Positions 1 to 23,300 of a DNA stretch of 64,000 nucleotides are shown here, one piece after another (the first letter of the stretch is position 1; the number at the start of each line of letters is the position of its first letter). The translations under genes and the position numbers were made by a program. This stretch comes from Vicugna vicugna (taxonomy: Eukaryota): the NCBI GenBank assembly GCA_013265495.1, contig MU058658.1, positions 371,059-435,058 on the forward strand, given 5' to 3'. The notes under the pieces are model-generated. The model did not search any database. It was not told the DNA's origin and saw only the letters and a program-made list of their open reading frames with translations.

Positions 1-4138
<4,138 letters not shown>

Positions 4139-4588
4139 CGGACCTATGGACTGAGGCAGGCGTGAGGGGCCGGAGAAGCTGCAGAGCGACAAGTGCGGGG
4201 TCCCGGCGGCCCGGTCCCCGGGCGGTGCCGCTGCCGCTCCTCAGGTCCGCCTCTGTTTGGTGCCGACAACGCCTCTCGCGTTTTCTCTGTTGTGTCACCT
4301 CGGCTGTAACGCTGCGCCGTGGAAACGGCTTTGGTGGACTAATCCAAAAGCAAACAAAATGTCCGCCCAGGGAGGGAATAGGAAGTCCCGCCTTAGCGTC
4401 TTCCGTAGGAACGGAAACGCCCCTTTTCTGGGCCTTCATTGGCCCAGCGCCGCCAAGGCTCCTGGGTAATGTAGTTCCCACAGCACCAACGATGGAGTAG
4501 GGGTACCTGCGCCTCCGAGCTGCCCTCGCCTGGAATCGGCTTTGATAGAGCGCCGCTTCCTCTTAACAGAGCCGCACCGATATTTCCG

Positions 4589-4953
4589 GTGAAATAAGTC
4601 AGAGAAGACAAATACTGCATGGTATCACTTATATGTGGAGTCTAAGAAATACAATAAACTACTGAATGTAACAAAGAAAGAAACAAACAAAAAAACAGAC
4701 CCACAGATAAAGAGAACAGATTAGCGGTTACCAGTGGGGAGAGGGAAGGGAGGAGGGGCAATATAGGGGTAGGATATTAAGAGGTATAAACTATTGGGTA
4801 TAAAACAAGCTACAAGGATATATTGTACAAGTTGGGAAATATAGCCAATGTTTTATAATAGGTATAAATGTAGTATAACCGTTAAACATTGTGAATCATA
4901 ATGTAAACATGTAACATACTATATTGTATAGCAACTATACTTCAATCTAAAAA
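4589..4953 (+). mobile_element. LINE-1 3' UTR fragment
   Basis: gtgaaataagtcagagaagacaaatactgcatggtatcacttatatgtgga...caactatacttcaat followed by an A tail, a typical L1 3' end. Confidence 0.8.
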
Positions 4954-5007
4954 GGTGCTGTTTCATAGCTAAATACATTATGTTCATGAAATAAAATTAT
5001 GTTTTAT

Positions 5008-5590
5008 TGTTAAAAGAAAAAGGCTGTAGGAATATACTGTGGCCTCTTAGGCCCTCCATGAGTAGAGAAAGAAACAAGCCCCAGCAGTTTATGACTAGAA
5101 GAAATAAGGAATGCAGAAAAAAAAAACAAGGCAGTCAGGCAGAGAAATAACCATAACCTAAACAACAGATCAGCTCCAAGGACTCCCAGTTGTATCTCAA
5201 AGGTAAAGTCTAATGCACATTCCTCAATTGTTTTACAGAAACCAGACCCAACCAGATAGAGAATGAAGACCCTGTGCATGTTACCCCCAGATGGGCTGAA
5301 GTGTAAAGATTTGACAATATTGACCCCTGTGACCTCACCTGGTTACTTCACCATCTACCAGTTTGAAAAGCACAAGCTGATCACGTTCCCCACAATTTTC
5401 TCCCTCATTTTGTCTTTGAAAACCCATCCTTAAAAGCCACCCAGGAGTTCAGGTCTTTTGAACATTAGCTGCCTTTCTCCTTGCTTGGCATCTTGCAACA
5501 AACACTGTACTCCCTTCACCACAACTTGGTGTCAGCAGATTGGCTTTGCTGCATTGCAGGCAAGCACACTCAACTTTGGGTTGGTAATCG
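5008..5590 (+). mobile_element. Probable solo ERV LTR
   Basis: Begins TGTT; ends with U5-like ctgtactcccttcaccacaacttggtgtcagcagattggcttt...ttggtaa, familiar from laurasiatherian ERV1 LTRs. Confidence 0.6.
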
Positions 5591-7054
5591 TCTCCTGATC
5601 CAACTGGGCTTTTCCATGTGTGCTCACAGGGACTTAGTCCGTCACTGGCCCTTTGTACTCCAGTGGCTTACTTTCATTCTACATATTAACTTACATTTGG
5701 CTCTCTATGTCTCTGCCCACTTTTTCTCACTTATGTGTAAGTTTCAATAAACCAGTTCATTCATTAACTGTATTTGTTTGGCCTGATCTGTCATTTGATC
5801 GCGATAAGAATCTCCTCTCTACTTGAGAGGGTAAACTGTCACTAGGTATCAGGGAGATGGACCACCCTTGGCTGGTCCAGCATGACATCGCCCCTCCTCC
5901 TTTCCAGAATCAGATAGTACTGAACACCTAGTTCCAGAAAGTTCCAGGAAGGAGCGAAAACTTCATTATCTTTTGTCCTCATAAGTCATTCCAAAGTGGT
6001 GATGAAGTTCGTCACTGCTTAACCTACAGATGAGACTTAGAAGAGAAAAATCTGGGAAATGAAGATGGACACGAATAAAGGAGTCAGTGGTAAAGGAGAC
6101 AGTGGAAGAACACATAATAAAGTGTTGTCATCTCTTTTATCAACAGCTGCCTTGTGTCAACAACAGTCCAGCATCCTTCCCACCTGCAGGGAGTTGGGTT
6201 TGTAACATGGAAATGGAAGAGTAGTGGAATACGAAGAAGGGATGAAGAGGAGAACGCTAGGGGGAGAGACGTGTTGGGTTTGAGGCTTTTTGTCCTGTTT
6301 GAACATCAGTGCTGGGCCCTTAAGTAGGGAAGGGCACAGATGAGCTTGGGGTAATGGAGGGAGGTGAACACTTGGGATCCTTGACTATCTCATCACCTGT
6401 ATCCAGAGCTCAGAGTCTTTGCTTCACCACCGTTTTTGATGTTGGGCGTTCCACTGGAAAGGAAATTTGGTAACGTATAACTGGCTCATTCCAAGGTTTT
6501 ATTGTGACCCTCAAGATCCTCTTTGATTCCTTCAAGAGAAAGAAAAACTGCAGCACCGGCTGCTCAGGAACAGTGGAATACAGGCCCATCCATAATAAGG
6601 ACAGTCTCTAGATGTGAGACTGGCAAAGTTCTTGACCCGGATTTCCCTTCCACCGTCATCTCTGCAGCGGTATCCACTGCTCAACGTTTGGCGGTTTGGG
6701 AACTACATTACCCAGAAGGCGCTGTCCTACGCCGCGGTGGCTCTCGGCCAATAAAACAGACGTTTCGGACGTGCAGAACCGCTGGGCGGGACTTCCGGCG
6801 TCGGCTTTGGGGCGGTCATTTCGGGGTTTCTGCGGTCGGTCAGCCTGATCAGAGGCTCCGGAAAAGTTGCTGTTGAGCTGAGGTGACCAGAGTGCGAAGG
6901 CGCGAGAGGAGACGGACGTTGTCTTCCTTGCACTGAGGCGGGTCTGACGTTCCGCAGCGGCGCCCGGGGGTCTCGCGATTCTGGGTCGGGGACTGGGATT
7001 GCTGGGGCCCGACCGGGACCTCCGCTCCCGGTGCCGCTCCTCCCACGGGCTCCG

Positions 7055-14003
<6,949 letters not shown>

Positions 14004-14639
14004 ATGTAGCCAAGGTGGAGAAGCCTTTAACCGAAGGTCTGCTCTGATTCAGCAACAGAAACCTCACAACCCAAACAGGCCTTACAAATACAGGGAACGT
14101 GAAGAAAGGTTTCAGCCAATGGCTTAAGCCCATTTGGCACCAGAAAGTTTAGGCTGGAGAAAGGCCTTAAGCGTGCAGGGTATGTGCTATCTCCTTGTCA
14201 ACCTAATTTAAACACAGACGCTCTCAGAGTAGCCTTTATGACTGTGCCAACAACTGAGTATCATTCATCCAAACATGGACACTGGGGCGGGATGAGAACT
14301 GGTGACATACTCCCTTCCTGAGAGGCTAGCCCTTTGCCTGGGAGCTTCCTGTGTCCTTGGCTGCCTCAGTCTGGGCTGGGGTTTTCATCTCTGAGTTTGG
14401 AGTAGGGACAGAAGGAGTGGTCTTGGTTCAGATGTGACTGGCTCTTTGCTGTACTTCCATACTACTAGATTTTCTTAACATTTATTTAATGCTTCTTCAT
14501 TTGCTGTATATCCTTAGGATCATTTCCAGGGGCTTTAAAAGGTGGCTTTTTTTCAAAAAATAATTTTCACCAGTTTCACTGGGAAGCGGATCTGCAAAAC
14601 TCCTCACACTGTCACGCTGGAAGTTGATCCAAGTATTTA

Positions 14640-15110
14640 AATTTTAAAGAACTTGCCACCTTGTGTTCTAAATGGTTATGCCACGTCACATTCTTCCTGG
14701 AGTGTACTAGATTTCCAGGTTCCTCACATCCTTGGTGACCTTTGTATGTAAGACACTGGCCATTCATTTCAGCCATTCTAGTAGCTGTGAAGTAGTATTT
14801 CATTGTGGTTTTAATTTGCATTTCCTGAATGACTTCTCCCTGTGTATCTGCCATCCATATATCTTCTTTAGTGAATTATCTGTTCGAAGTTTTTTGCCTA
14901 TTATTAAAAGAATTGTCTTGCAATTTCTTAGCATATTCTGGATGCAAGTTACTCATCTGAAGTGCTTTACCAGTATTTCCCCACAGTCTGTGGCTTTGGT
15001 TTTCACTCCTTCACAGTATCTTTCCTGGAGTAGAAATTCTCAATTTTCATAAAATCCAGTTTATCCATTTACTCTTTTATTGATTGTACTTTTGGTATTG
15101 TAGTCTTTTG
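14640..15110 (-). mobile_element. Old LINE-1 ORF2 3' fragment
   Basis: Minus-strand translation EMQIKTTMKYYFTATRMA resembles the L1 ORF2 C-terminus. Confidence 0.75.
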
Positions 15111-15474
15111 TTTTTTTTCTTCTTACACTACTTTATCTTTGCCTGGAAGAAAAGCCTTATCTCAGTATGGTACTGGAGTCTTAAGAGTCATCCAATCTTG
15201 TGAAATCGTACAGATTTACATACAGATAAAACCCAATATATATAGACATGTTTAGACATGAACATAACTCCTATCTCTTCTGAGATAGCCTCAAAAGCAG
15301 CCTAAGAATATTTACTGTCCATTTGTTGGCTTATGAATACAATGTTTCATAAAGCAAGAATCAGAACTCCTTAGGTAGAAGGCTATTTTCAGGTTGGGGC
15401 CAGCAGACTATAACATGAGCCTAAGAAATATTCTTACATTAGAAAGTAAAGAAATACTCAAAGAATAATGTTGA

Positions 15475-15745
15475 TGTATTAGCTTTCTACTGCTGTCCTA
15501 ACATTGCCACAAACCTATGGCTTAAACAACACAAATTTATTACATTATCGTTCTGTAGGTCACATGTCTTGAGACCTCGGCTCACCGGGCTAACCTTGAG
15601 GTGTTCGCAAGATTGTGATTTTTTTTTTCTGGAGTGTTTAAAGGAAATCCTGTTTCCTGCTCATTTGAGTTGTTGGACAATTTTAGTTCCTTGTGGTTGT
15701 AGGACTGGTAGTCCTATTTTCTTGGTGGCTGTCAGCTACAAGTCA
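15475..15745 (-). mobile_element. MaLR (MLT1-type) LTR fragment
   Basis: tgtattagctttctactgctg...ggcttaaacaacacaaatttatt...ttctgtaggtca. Confidence 0.65.
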
Positions 15746-15764
15746 TACTTGGAACATGTAAGAA

Positions 15765-16770
15765 TTTTACAAACTATTTAAAGATGAAATAATACAACTT
15801 ATATACAAATTCTTCTAAAACAAGATTCAGACACTTCCCAGCTAGTTAAGTGAACCCAGCACTAACACAATTCAAAAGTGGATGATGGTATTAAAATATT
15901 ACAGACCAATACCCACATGAACATAGATACAACAAAACCTTAACAAAATTTTAGCAAACTGAATCCAACCAGAGAACGATAAAAATTCTCAGCAAAGTAG
16001 GATTAGATGGGGATTTCCTCAACCTGATACAGGGCATCTATGAAAAAAACCAACAGCTAACATATTTGACGGTGAAAACCTAATGCTTTTGCCCTGATAA
16101 TTGCGGGAAAAAGCAAATATGTCTATGTCCATCACTTCTACTTACCATTGTACTAGAGGTCTGTGTTAGTAACATAAGGGGGATAAAAAGGTTTAAAGAT
16201 TGTAAAGGTAGAACCAAAACTGTCTATTCATGTAAGACATGATTATGTTGAAAATTCCAACTTACTCACTAAAAAGCTACTAGATCTAATAATTGGGAAT
16301 GATTTGAATTTAGCAAGACCCAGGATTACAAGGTTAATATACAAAAATTACTTGTTTCTACATACTAGCAAGGAATGTTTGGAAGATGAAAAAAAATCCT
16401 TTATAATAGCATCAAAATATGAAGTATTTAGACATAAATGGAATAAAAATGTTCAAAAACTGTAAGAAGTTATCACATACCACTGAGAGATATTAAAGAC
16501 CTAAATATTTTCACTGGTGAATTCCATTTAAGGAATAAGTAATTCTACAGTAACATGTTCTTTCAGAAAATAAGAGGAGGATCAGGGCCATCATAACTGA
16601 TATAAAATTTAATGAGTACAAAAAATACTAATTACAGAGCTATAGTACTAATTAATACAGGTGAAAAAAATCCTTAACAAAATATATAGCGAATTAAACC
16701 CAGATAAAAGTAAAAATATTAAAATATGCATCATTGGATTTTGTCAGAGGGAAATATGGGTGACTGAACA
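15765..16770 (+). mobile_element. Degenerate LINE-1 ORF2 (RT region) fragments
   Basis: acagaccaatacccacatgaacatagatacaacaaaaccttaacaaaattttagcaaactgaatccaa; ttcctcaacctgatacagggcatctatgaaaaa. Confidence 0.8.
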
Positions 16771-17179
16771 CTAGTGAAACAATCAGCCCTTACCGTGCCC
16801 CCCGCCCCCAAGTCTGTTCTCTCTGCAGCCAGAGAGAGCCTGTTAGGACCGGAGTCAGGGCATCTTCCTCCTCAGCTCTAAACTTTCTATGGCTACCACT
16901 ACCCTCAGAAGGCCCAGCTCCTCATATGCCATTCCACGGCTGATTCCTGCTCACCTGCTCTCCGATCGCAACAGACACAGCGTAAGACCTGCGTCCTCCA
17001 GAGCATTCCCCTTTCAGTGCCACATCAGAGTATATGCACATGCTAGTTCTTGTTCCCGGAAGACCTTCCTTGCCACATCCTACTGGGTTCCATAAATTGG
17101 AAGCGCTCCACAATTCCTAGTATCGATTAAGGCCCATAGGCCAAGAATGACTCACCTCTGGGTACCCCAAACTCTAGGG

Positions 17180-17920
17180 CAGAGCGAGAGGAACGCGAAA
17201 CGTCCTAGGACGACTGCATCCTCTACACCCTGGCCCTGAGGCTTTAACAGGACGAGGGTCCCTGTGGCCGGCGACTACCCACTCACCTGCATCCGGCCCA
17301 GCGAACCTGTCGCCATCGGACCCCGTGAACTGGGCGAGGACGAGGGTGGGGCCTTCAAGCTTCGTGGACTCCCTCTCTGTTCGGCCGTGGTCGGGGCGTG
17401 ACCTGGGCTGACCCGCACACAAGGCCCAAGGCGCTGCCTCTGGGCACCTGGAGGAGGGAGGGCTGGTGAGGAGCCGGCAGGGCGCACAGCCAGGCGGCGT
17501 CACAACTCGGACAAAGGCGCAAAGAGAGGTCCTGTTCTCCTCCCCTTCCTTCCTCGGCCCCTAAAAGCCTCCTGGGAAGCAGCCCCGGTGCAGGACTCGG
17601 CTCTCCGCCACCATAGCGACCGGACCCACCGCCCCCTCTGTGACGCCACCGGAAGTCCCGCCCCCACTCCGCGGGCCTCAGAAAAAGCCTCTCCTGGATG
17701 GTCATTGGATGAACGTCCGCCGCCAACGCACAAGCACGGCCTTCTGGGTAATGTAGTTTCTCCCCTGCATGCCGCCAGGTAAGAACGGACCGTTACACTC
17801 TCCATGTCAAAGGCCTGACGGCACCGCGAGGGACACTGGGAAATAATGCTATGCGGCTCCAAAGACGGACCACGCCAGATTTCTGCGACCACGTTGGGCG
17901 AAGCCGCAACCTGAGAGATT
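17180..17920 (-). promoter_or_regulatory. Orphan CpG-island promoter carrying the KRAB-ZNF promoter cassette
   Basis: CCGGAAGTCCCGCC 17649-17662, CATTGG 17703-17708, CTGGGTAATGTAGTT 17744-17758; CpG-rich. Confidence 0.75.
17287..17316 (-). pseudogene. Orphan KRAB-ZNF-type first coding exon (MATGSLGRMQ) with no adjacent gene body
   Basis: ggtccgATGGCGACAGGTTCGCTGGGCCGGATGCAG|GTGAGT; same ATG context as ZNF772 exon 1 and a consensus phase-0 donor. Confidence 0.6.
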
Positions 17921-20171
17921 TCTCATTGGAGACCTCTGCCTGTGTGGCCTTAGGCAAACCTCCTAGACCTCTTAGACCCTCAGGAAAAATATGTAATTAA
18001 AAAAAATAATTAAACGACTAAAAATAGGTAATAAAAAGATTATAACTTGCTTGTATTGTCTTTGTGATCTAACATTAAATGGTGCTGATTCAGTGGTTCC
18101 CAAACCAGCAGGATCAGCATCACCAGGACCTTGCTAAAGTTGCGTATACAAGGGCCCTAACCCATTATCAGTCCATAGTCTGAACCTGCAGCTCCTAAAA
18201 GACTAAATCCTGAGGAAGTGTGAAAACTGAAATCACTAATACCCATGGGGATATCCCCATGGAGAAACAAAAATGAGAAGACATAATGAAGACAATTTCA
18301 CCATCACTTCTGCCCATATTCCATTGCTCCAACCTCATTTACATATAAGGGAAGCTGGGTGTCCATAAAGAAAAAATTGGATAGGAGAGCATCTACCCAG
18401 TTTCCAGTGCAATCAATCAGTTTAGCCACCAGATAACTCCATTTTATTACTCCCTCTACACATTCATCACTGTTTATTACTTTTTGGGTGATGACCTCAA
18501 ACCCTATGTCTCCATCTTTTTCTCCCCCCAATGCCTACATCTTGATGTTACTATTTGTTTCTAATCTAAATTAAGACCAGAAGGCAATAAACAAAGTAAG
18601 TTGCCACTCACTCCCAATATAATTATGGTTCTGAAATGCAGTGGAAGGAACTACTCAAGGATCTGCTGAAGAAAAGGATCTGACAATCTAGATTTCTATA
18701 CACAGCAAAACTGTCTTTCAGTAAAGAGTATGAAATAAGACTATTTTTGAGCCAAAAATGGGAAATTTAATAGGATATTAACACACGTAATATGAACTCC
18801 TAAAGTTTCTGTTTAAGGATTTGAAAACTGATCCCTGATGAAAGATCTGCAATGATAGAAACAATGAGGGTACAGGCCGGGAATACACTGGATGGATACA
18901 ACTGCTCGTGATTTGTATTAAACATGAACACCATTTCCTTGTGGAGTTAGAATGATGGCATTGACATGTGAAGTCTCACCACATATACTGAGATAGGATA
19001 TACTGGTTAATTTTCTAAGTCCCTTTTACAGCTTGGGAAAAAGAAAAAGTATAACTCTGTGCTCTACTGCTTTAAATAAGTGCTTGTAAATCTTAAACAA
19101 TAACAAACAGAATTAAAGTATATGCTTTCCAAACTAGAACATCTATAAGTAATTAACAGAAAGTTTTTGAAAAGGTGGGGGAGAACAGGTGAGGCAAAGA
19201 AATCCAGAAATGACATATTTAAACCCAAATACACACATCAACTATTACATTAAACAAATATGACATAAATTAAATTAGCAGCCAGTACTTTCTAATGGCT
19301 CAAAATTCCCTTCACAAAGGATTTTCAAGAGGTTTTGAATTTCCATTCAAAGCACAATATACCATGACATCATCAGCCACTATCTCCACTAGTGGGGGGG
19401 GGACAAACCAAGGGGCAGAGAAGAATGTCCAGTTTTGGCTGATGAGGAACCAAGACCTTATGCTGAATGTCATCAGAGCCCACGAGCAAGCTTCTTAAGA
19501 ACTAAAATCTACTGAGATGCCTTCAGGACCTCCGGTGTATTTGCACCAGAAAAATCCCATCAGCACATCTGCTGGTGAGGAAAGAACAGGATGGTACAAG
19601 GGGGTAACATATGAGTAACGAGAGCTAACTCTTAACCATATCCACGTACCCAACACCATGACAGGCACTTTACAATACTATCCTATAACCTGTACAACCA
19701 CCTGGTGAGGTGGGTTGGTCAACAGAATTGCTTTACAAATAATGAAAACGAGGGTTCCAATGGTTATTTGATCTCCCAGTTTACAGGGGAGGAAACCAAG
19801 AACCCAAAAGGCCCGAGCTGCCCTGAGTTATGGCCAATGGTAAGGAGCACAGCTGAGAAAAGTGCACGAATTGGTGCAAGTCTCCTCACTGCTCTACGTA
19901 CCTTCCTGCCTAAACTCACCCAATCTGGGCAGAACCATGGCTCCTCCTGGCTCAGAGAAAGGCGGCCATGGAAAATTCTGATGAGACATGTTTTGAGACA
20001 GTCTGGCCCTCAATTTCTGCAGTGCCCGGGCTCAGCTACAGGTAAAGTTTACACTACAGCAACAGCAAGAACTGTGCGTGTGAGGGACACCAGTTTCTCT
20101 TGGGCAGGAACTCTCAGATGCCAAGGAAGATTTTTCCTCTGGCCAAATGATCTGCCATAGTAGTTACTTTA

Positions 20172-20307
20172 CTTTTTCTTTTTTTCTTTTTTTTCATGGG
20201 GGAGGGTAATTAGGTTTATTTATTTTACTGGAGGTACCAGGGCTTGAACCTATGACCTTGTGCATGCTAAGCATGCACACTACCACTGAGCTACACCCTC
20301 GCCCCCT
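20172..20307 (-). mobile_element. tRNA-Ala-derived SINE just after the stop codon of the ZNF550-like paralog
   Basis: Full head and tail; target-site duplication catagtagttacttta / cacagtagttccttta. Confidence 0.88.
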
Positions 20308-20320
20308 CACAGTAGTTCCT

Positions 20321-23300
20321 TTAAAAAGGTGTGTCCCCAGTATGAGTCCTCTGATGTTGCCTGAGGCCTTCCTTCTTGTAAAAGGCCTTCCCGCATCTCT
20401 TACACTTGTAGGCCTTCACCCCACTGTGAACCTTCTGATGGGTGCTGAGGGTTGAGCTGTAGCTGTAGGTCTTTCCACACTCACGGCACTCATAGGGCTT
20501 CTCCCTGGAGTGACACCTCATATGTCGAGTTACAGAAGAGCTGTCACCAAAGGCTTTCCCACATTCTTTGCACTCAAAGGGTTTTTCTCCAGTGTGAGTT
20601 CTCTGATGCCGAATAAAATCAGACTGGTGGGCGAAGGCCTTTCCACATTCACTGCACACATAAGGCTTCTCTCCACTGTGACTCCGTTTGTGCTCCGTGA
20701 GATGCGATTTGCGGATGAAGGCTTTCCCACACTCAGTGCACCCAAAGGGCTTCTCTCCACTGTGAATCCGCTGGTGCTCCGTGAGGTGTGATTTGCGCCT
20801 GAAGGCTTTTCCACACTTGATGCACTCATAGAGTTTCTCCCGAATGTGAATGCTGTGGTGTTCGATGAGGTCTACTTTCTTGAGAAAGGTCTTCCCACAC
20901 TTTTTGCATGTATAGTGTTTCACTCCAGTGTGAGTCTGCTGATGTCGAAGAAAGAAGCGATTCTTCACAAACCCTTTCCCACATTCCTTGCATGTGTAGG
21001 AATTCTTCCCTCTATGAAGCAATGGGTCTTCCCTTGATTCACATGATTCACCCTCATGGGGAACATCTCCTGTAGAGACTCGATCCTGTAAATCTTTTGA
21101 GCAGAGACTGTCACCCATTCCCAAATCATCACATTCAGGGTTCATCTTTCCAAGGAGGGTTTTCTTCTGGGGAACTGTCCCTGTCCTCAGGTGCCCTCTC
21201 AGCTCTTCTGATGGTCCTCCTGGTTTCCTGGCTTTCCCCAAAATGGAAACACCGGAGTCTTCCTGAAACAGTGACCTGTGGGGTAAGCGTCCCTCAGACG
21301 AGCCTGACTGAGAAGCAGCAGGCTCTGTGGTCTTGGTTCTTCCTCTGTCACCTGAAGGGAATTCAATACACAGAAGAGGCCTATTAGCAGTGCCAACTTG
21401 AAAGAAACAAAATCACTAAGCCAACAGGAAAAAGACGACGGAAACACTGTCACTGATACCTGCTGGGTTTTCACATCTCTGAAACTCGAGGTTTTGGTTT
21501 TGTTTTGCTTTTTGCTGGTCTTTGGATTCGTAACACCTTTGAAGGGACCACCCTGCGGAGAATTTGGGGCAGGGGCCAGAGGATGGCAGAGTGGAGTCCC
21601 TTCCTCACTGCCCAAGGAGAAAGCAATGAGGACACTGTGTGTGCTGCATTTGTTCTAAGAAAGGATGCCACAAGGTGCTACAAGAACGTGCTACAAGAAC
21701 ACCGGGAAGGGAGCATCTAACCCAGCCCAGATGGGAGAGAGAAAGATGTCAGGCAGGCTTCCCAAGAGGAGTGTCTGGAGGTCTGAGCCCTAAAGGACCA
21801 GGAGCAGTCATCAGATACAGAAAGCGAGAGGGCCTCACAGCCAAAGGAGACAGAGTACAGAGGTGCGGAGAGAATCCCGGGTGTCCAGGGAACTGCAGGC
21901 ATGAGAGGATGGCGGAGGTGTGAACAGAGACAGACAGGGTGCTGATTTCCGGTCCCATGTATATCCACTCAAGAACAGTGAAATCGTGGTGGGGGAGGGT
22001 ACAGCTCAGTGGTAGAGTGTGTACTTAGCATGCACAAAGTCCTGGGTTCAATCCCCAGTGCCTCCATTTTGAAAATAATAAATAAATAAACCTAATTACC
22101 TCCCTCCAAAACAAAACAAACAAACCAAAGAACAGTGAAAACTCACTGATGGTGTCCAAGTATTGAGAGCCACGTTTGTAGGAGGCAGTACTAACTAGGA
22201 GGGCTCATGAGGAGTCTCCTAAAGTTTCTATCGTGACCTGAATATGGTGGTTACTTGGATTTACTCATCTGTGAAAATTCATCAAGCTAAGCCACTAAGA
22301 GCCATGAACATCGGTATGTGTAAATTACACTTCAGTTTAAAAAATTAGGAAAAAAGAAAAGAGTCAAGGAAGTGAGTGGAAGTCCAGTGCAGACCTTTCT
22401 CCTAAGAATAAAAGATCTCCTCTAAGAAGTGGGTTGTACATACAGTCACACCAGCTAGAGGCCACTCTAGAGCTCAGGAAGGACCTGAGAGAAGAAAAGT
22501 GCTCCCCAGAAGGCAGATGTTCCTGGTGCAGGGACTAGTCACGGCTTCAGAGGGAGGAGAGAACAGAAGCTGCAGGCAGTCATCAGATACAGATGGGTCT
22601 GAAAGGACTGACAGAAAGGGAAGTAACAGTAATGTGAATCTGCTCAGGCTGAGGCCCCAGCAGCTGCGGAGTGGTGGGAGGTCTGAAATATGGCCAATGG
22701 CTGAGATCGCGGGGGCAGGACGCAGAGCTGGGCAGAGCAGATGTGTGGAGACAACAGGCTGTGCGGCAGCATGCAGACGAGAGATGACGACAGAGCTGGA
22801 CTGGGGCGGGATGGAGACGTTCAGGAAGGGGACGGACTCAGGAGATGGATGTGGGGTATGAAACGGACAGGACTTGGGGGTGGCTGGGGGAGGGGGGTCT
22901 GATGGATGGTTCCAGGTTGTTTCTGACCTCAACCTCTTGGACGGCAGGACCATTCATGGAAACTGGTGTCCCTTGGGGGCAGGGGGTTAATAGTTCGGTG
23001 GTGGAGCGCGTACTTAGCATGCATGGGGTCCTGGGTTCAATCCCCACTACCTCCAGTAAGAAAAAAACTGGTGTCGCCAGGGATATCCCAACACGAAGCT
23101 TCCACGGAGCTTCAGAAGCAGAAGTCCCTCCTGCCTGCAGGCTGCAGGCAGCCCCACTGCCTGGCCCTTGGCAACCCACCTGAGGAAGTGCTTTGGGAAA
23201 GGCGTCTCTTCACTGTCCTCAGCTTTTTCCCAGGATCCAGCAGGTAGGGCAGTTCTGGTTTAGGAACAGGACACCCTGTTTGCAGAGGTACAGGACAAAG

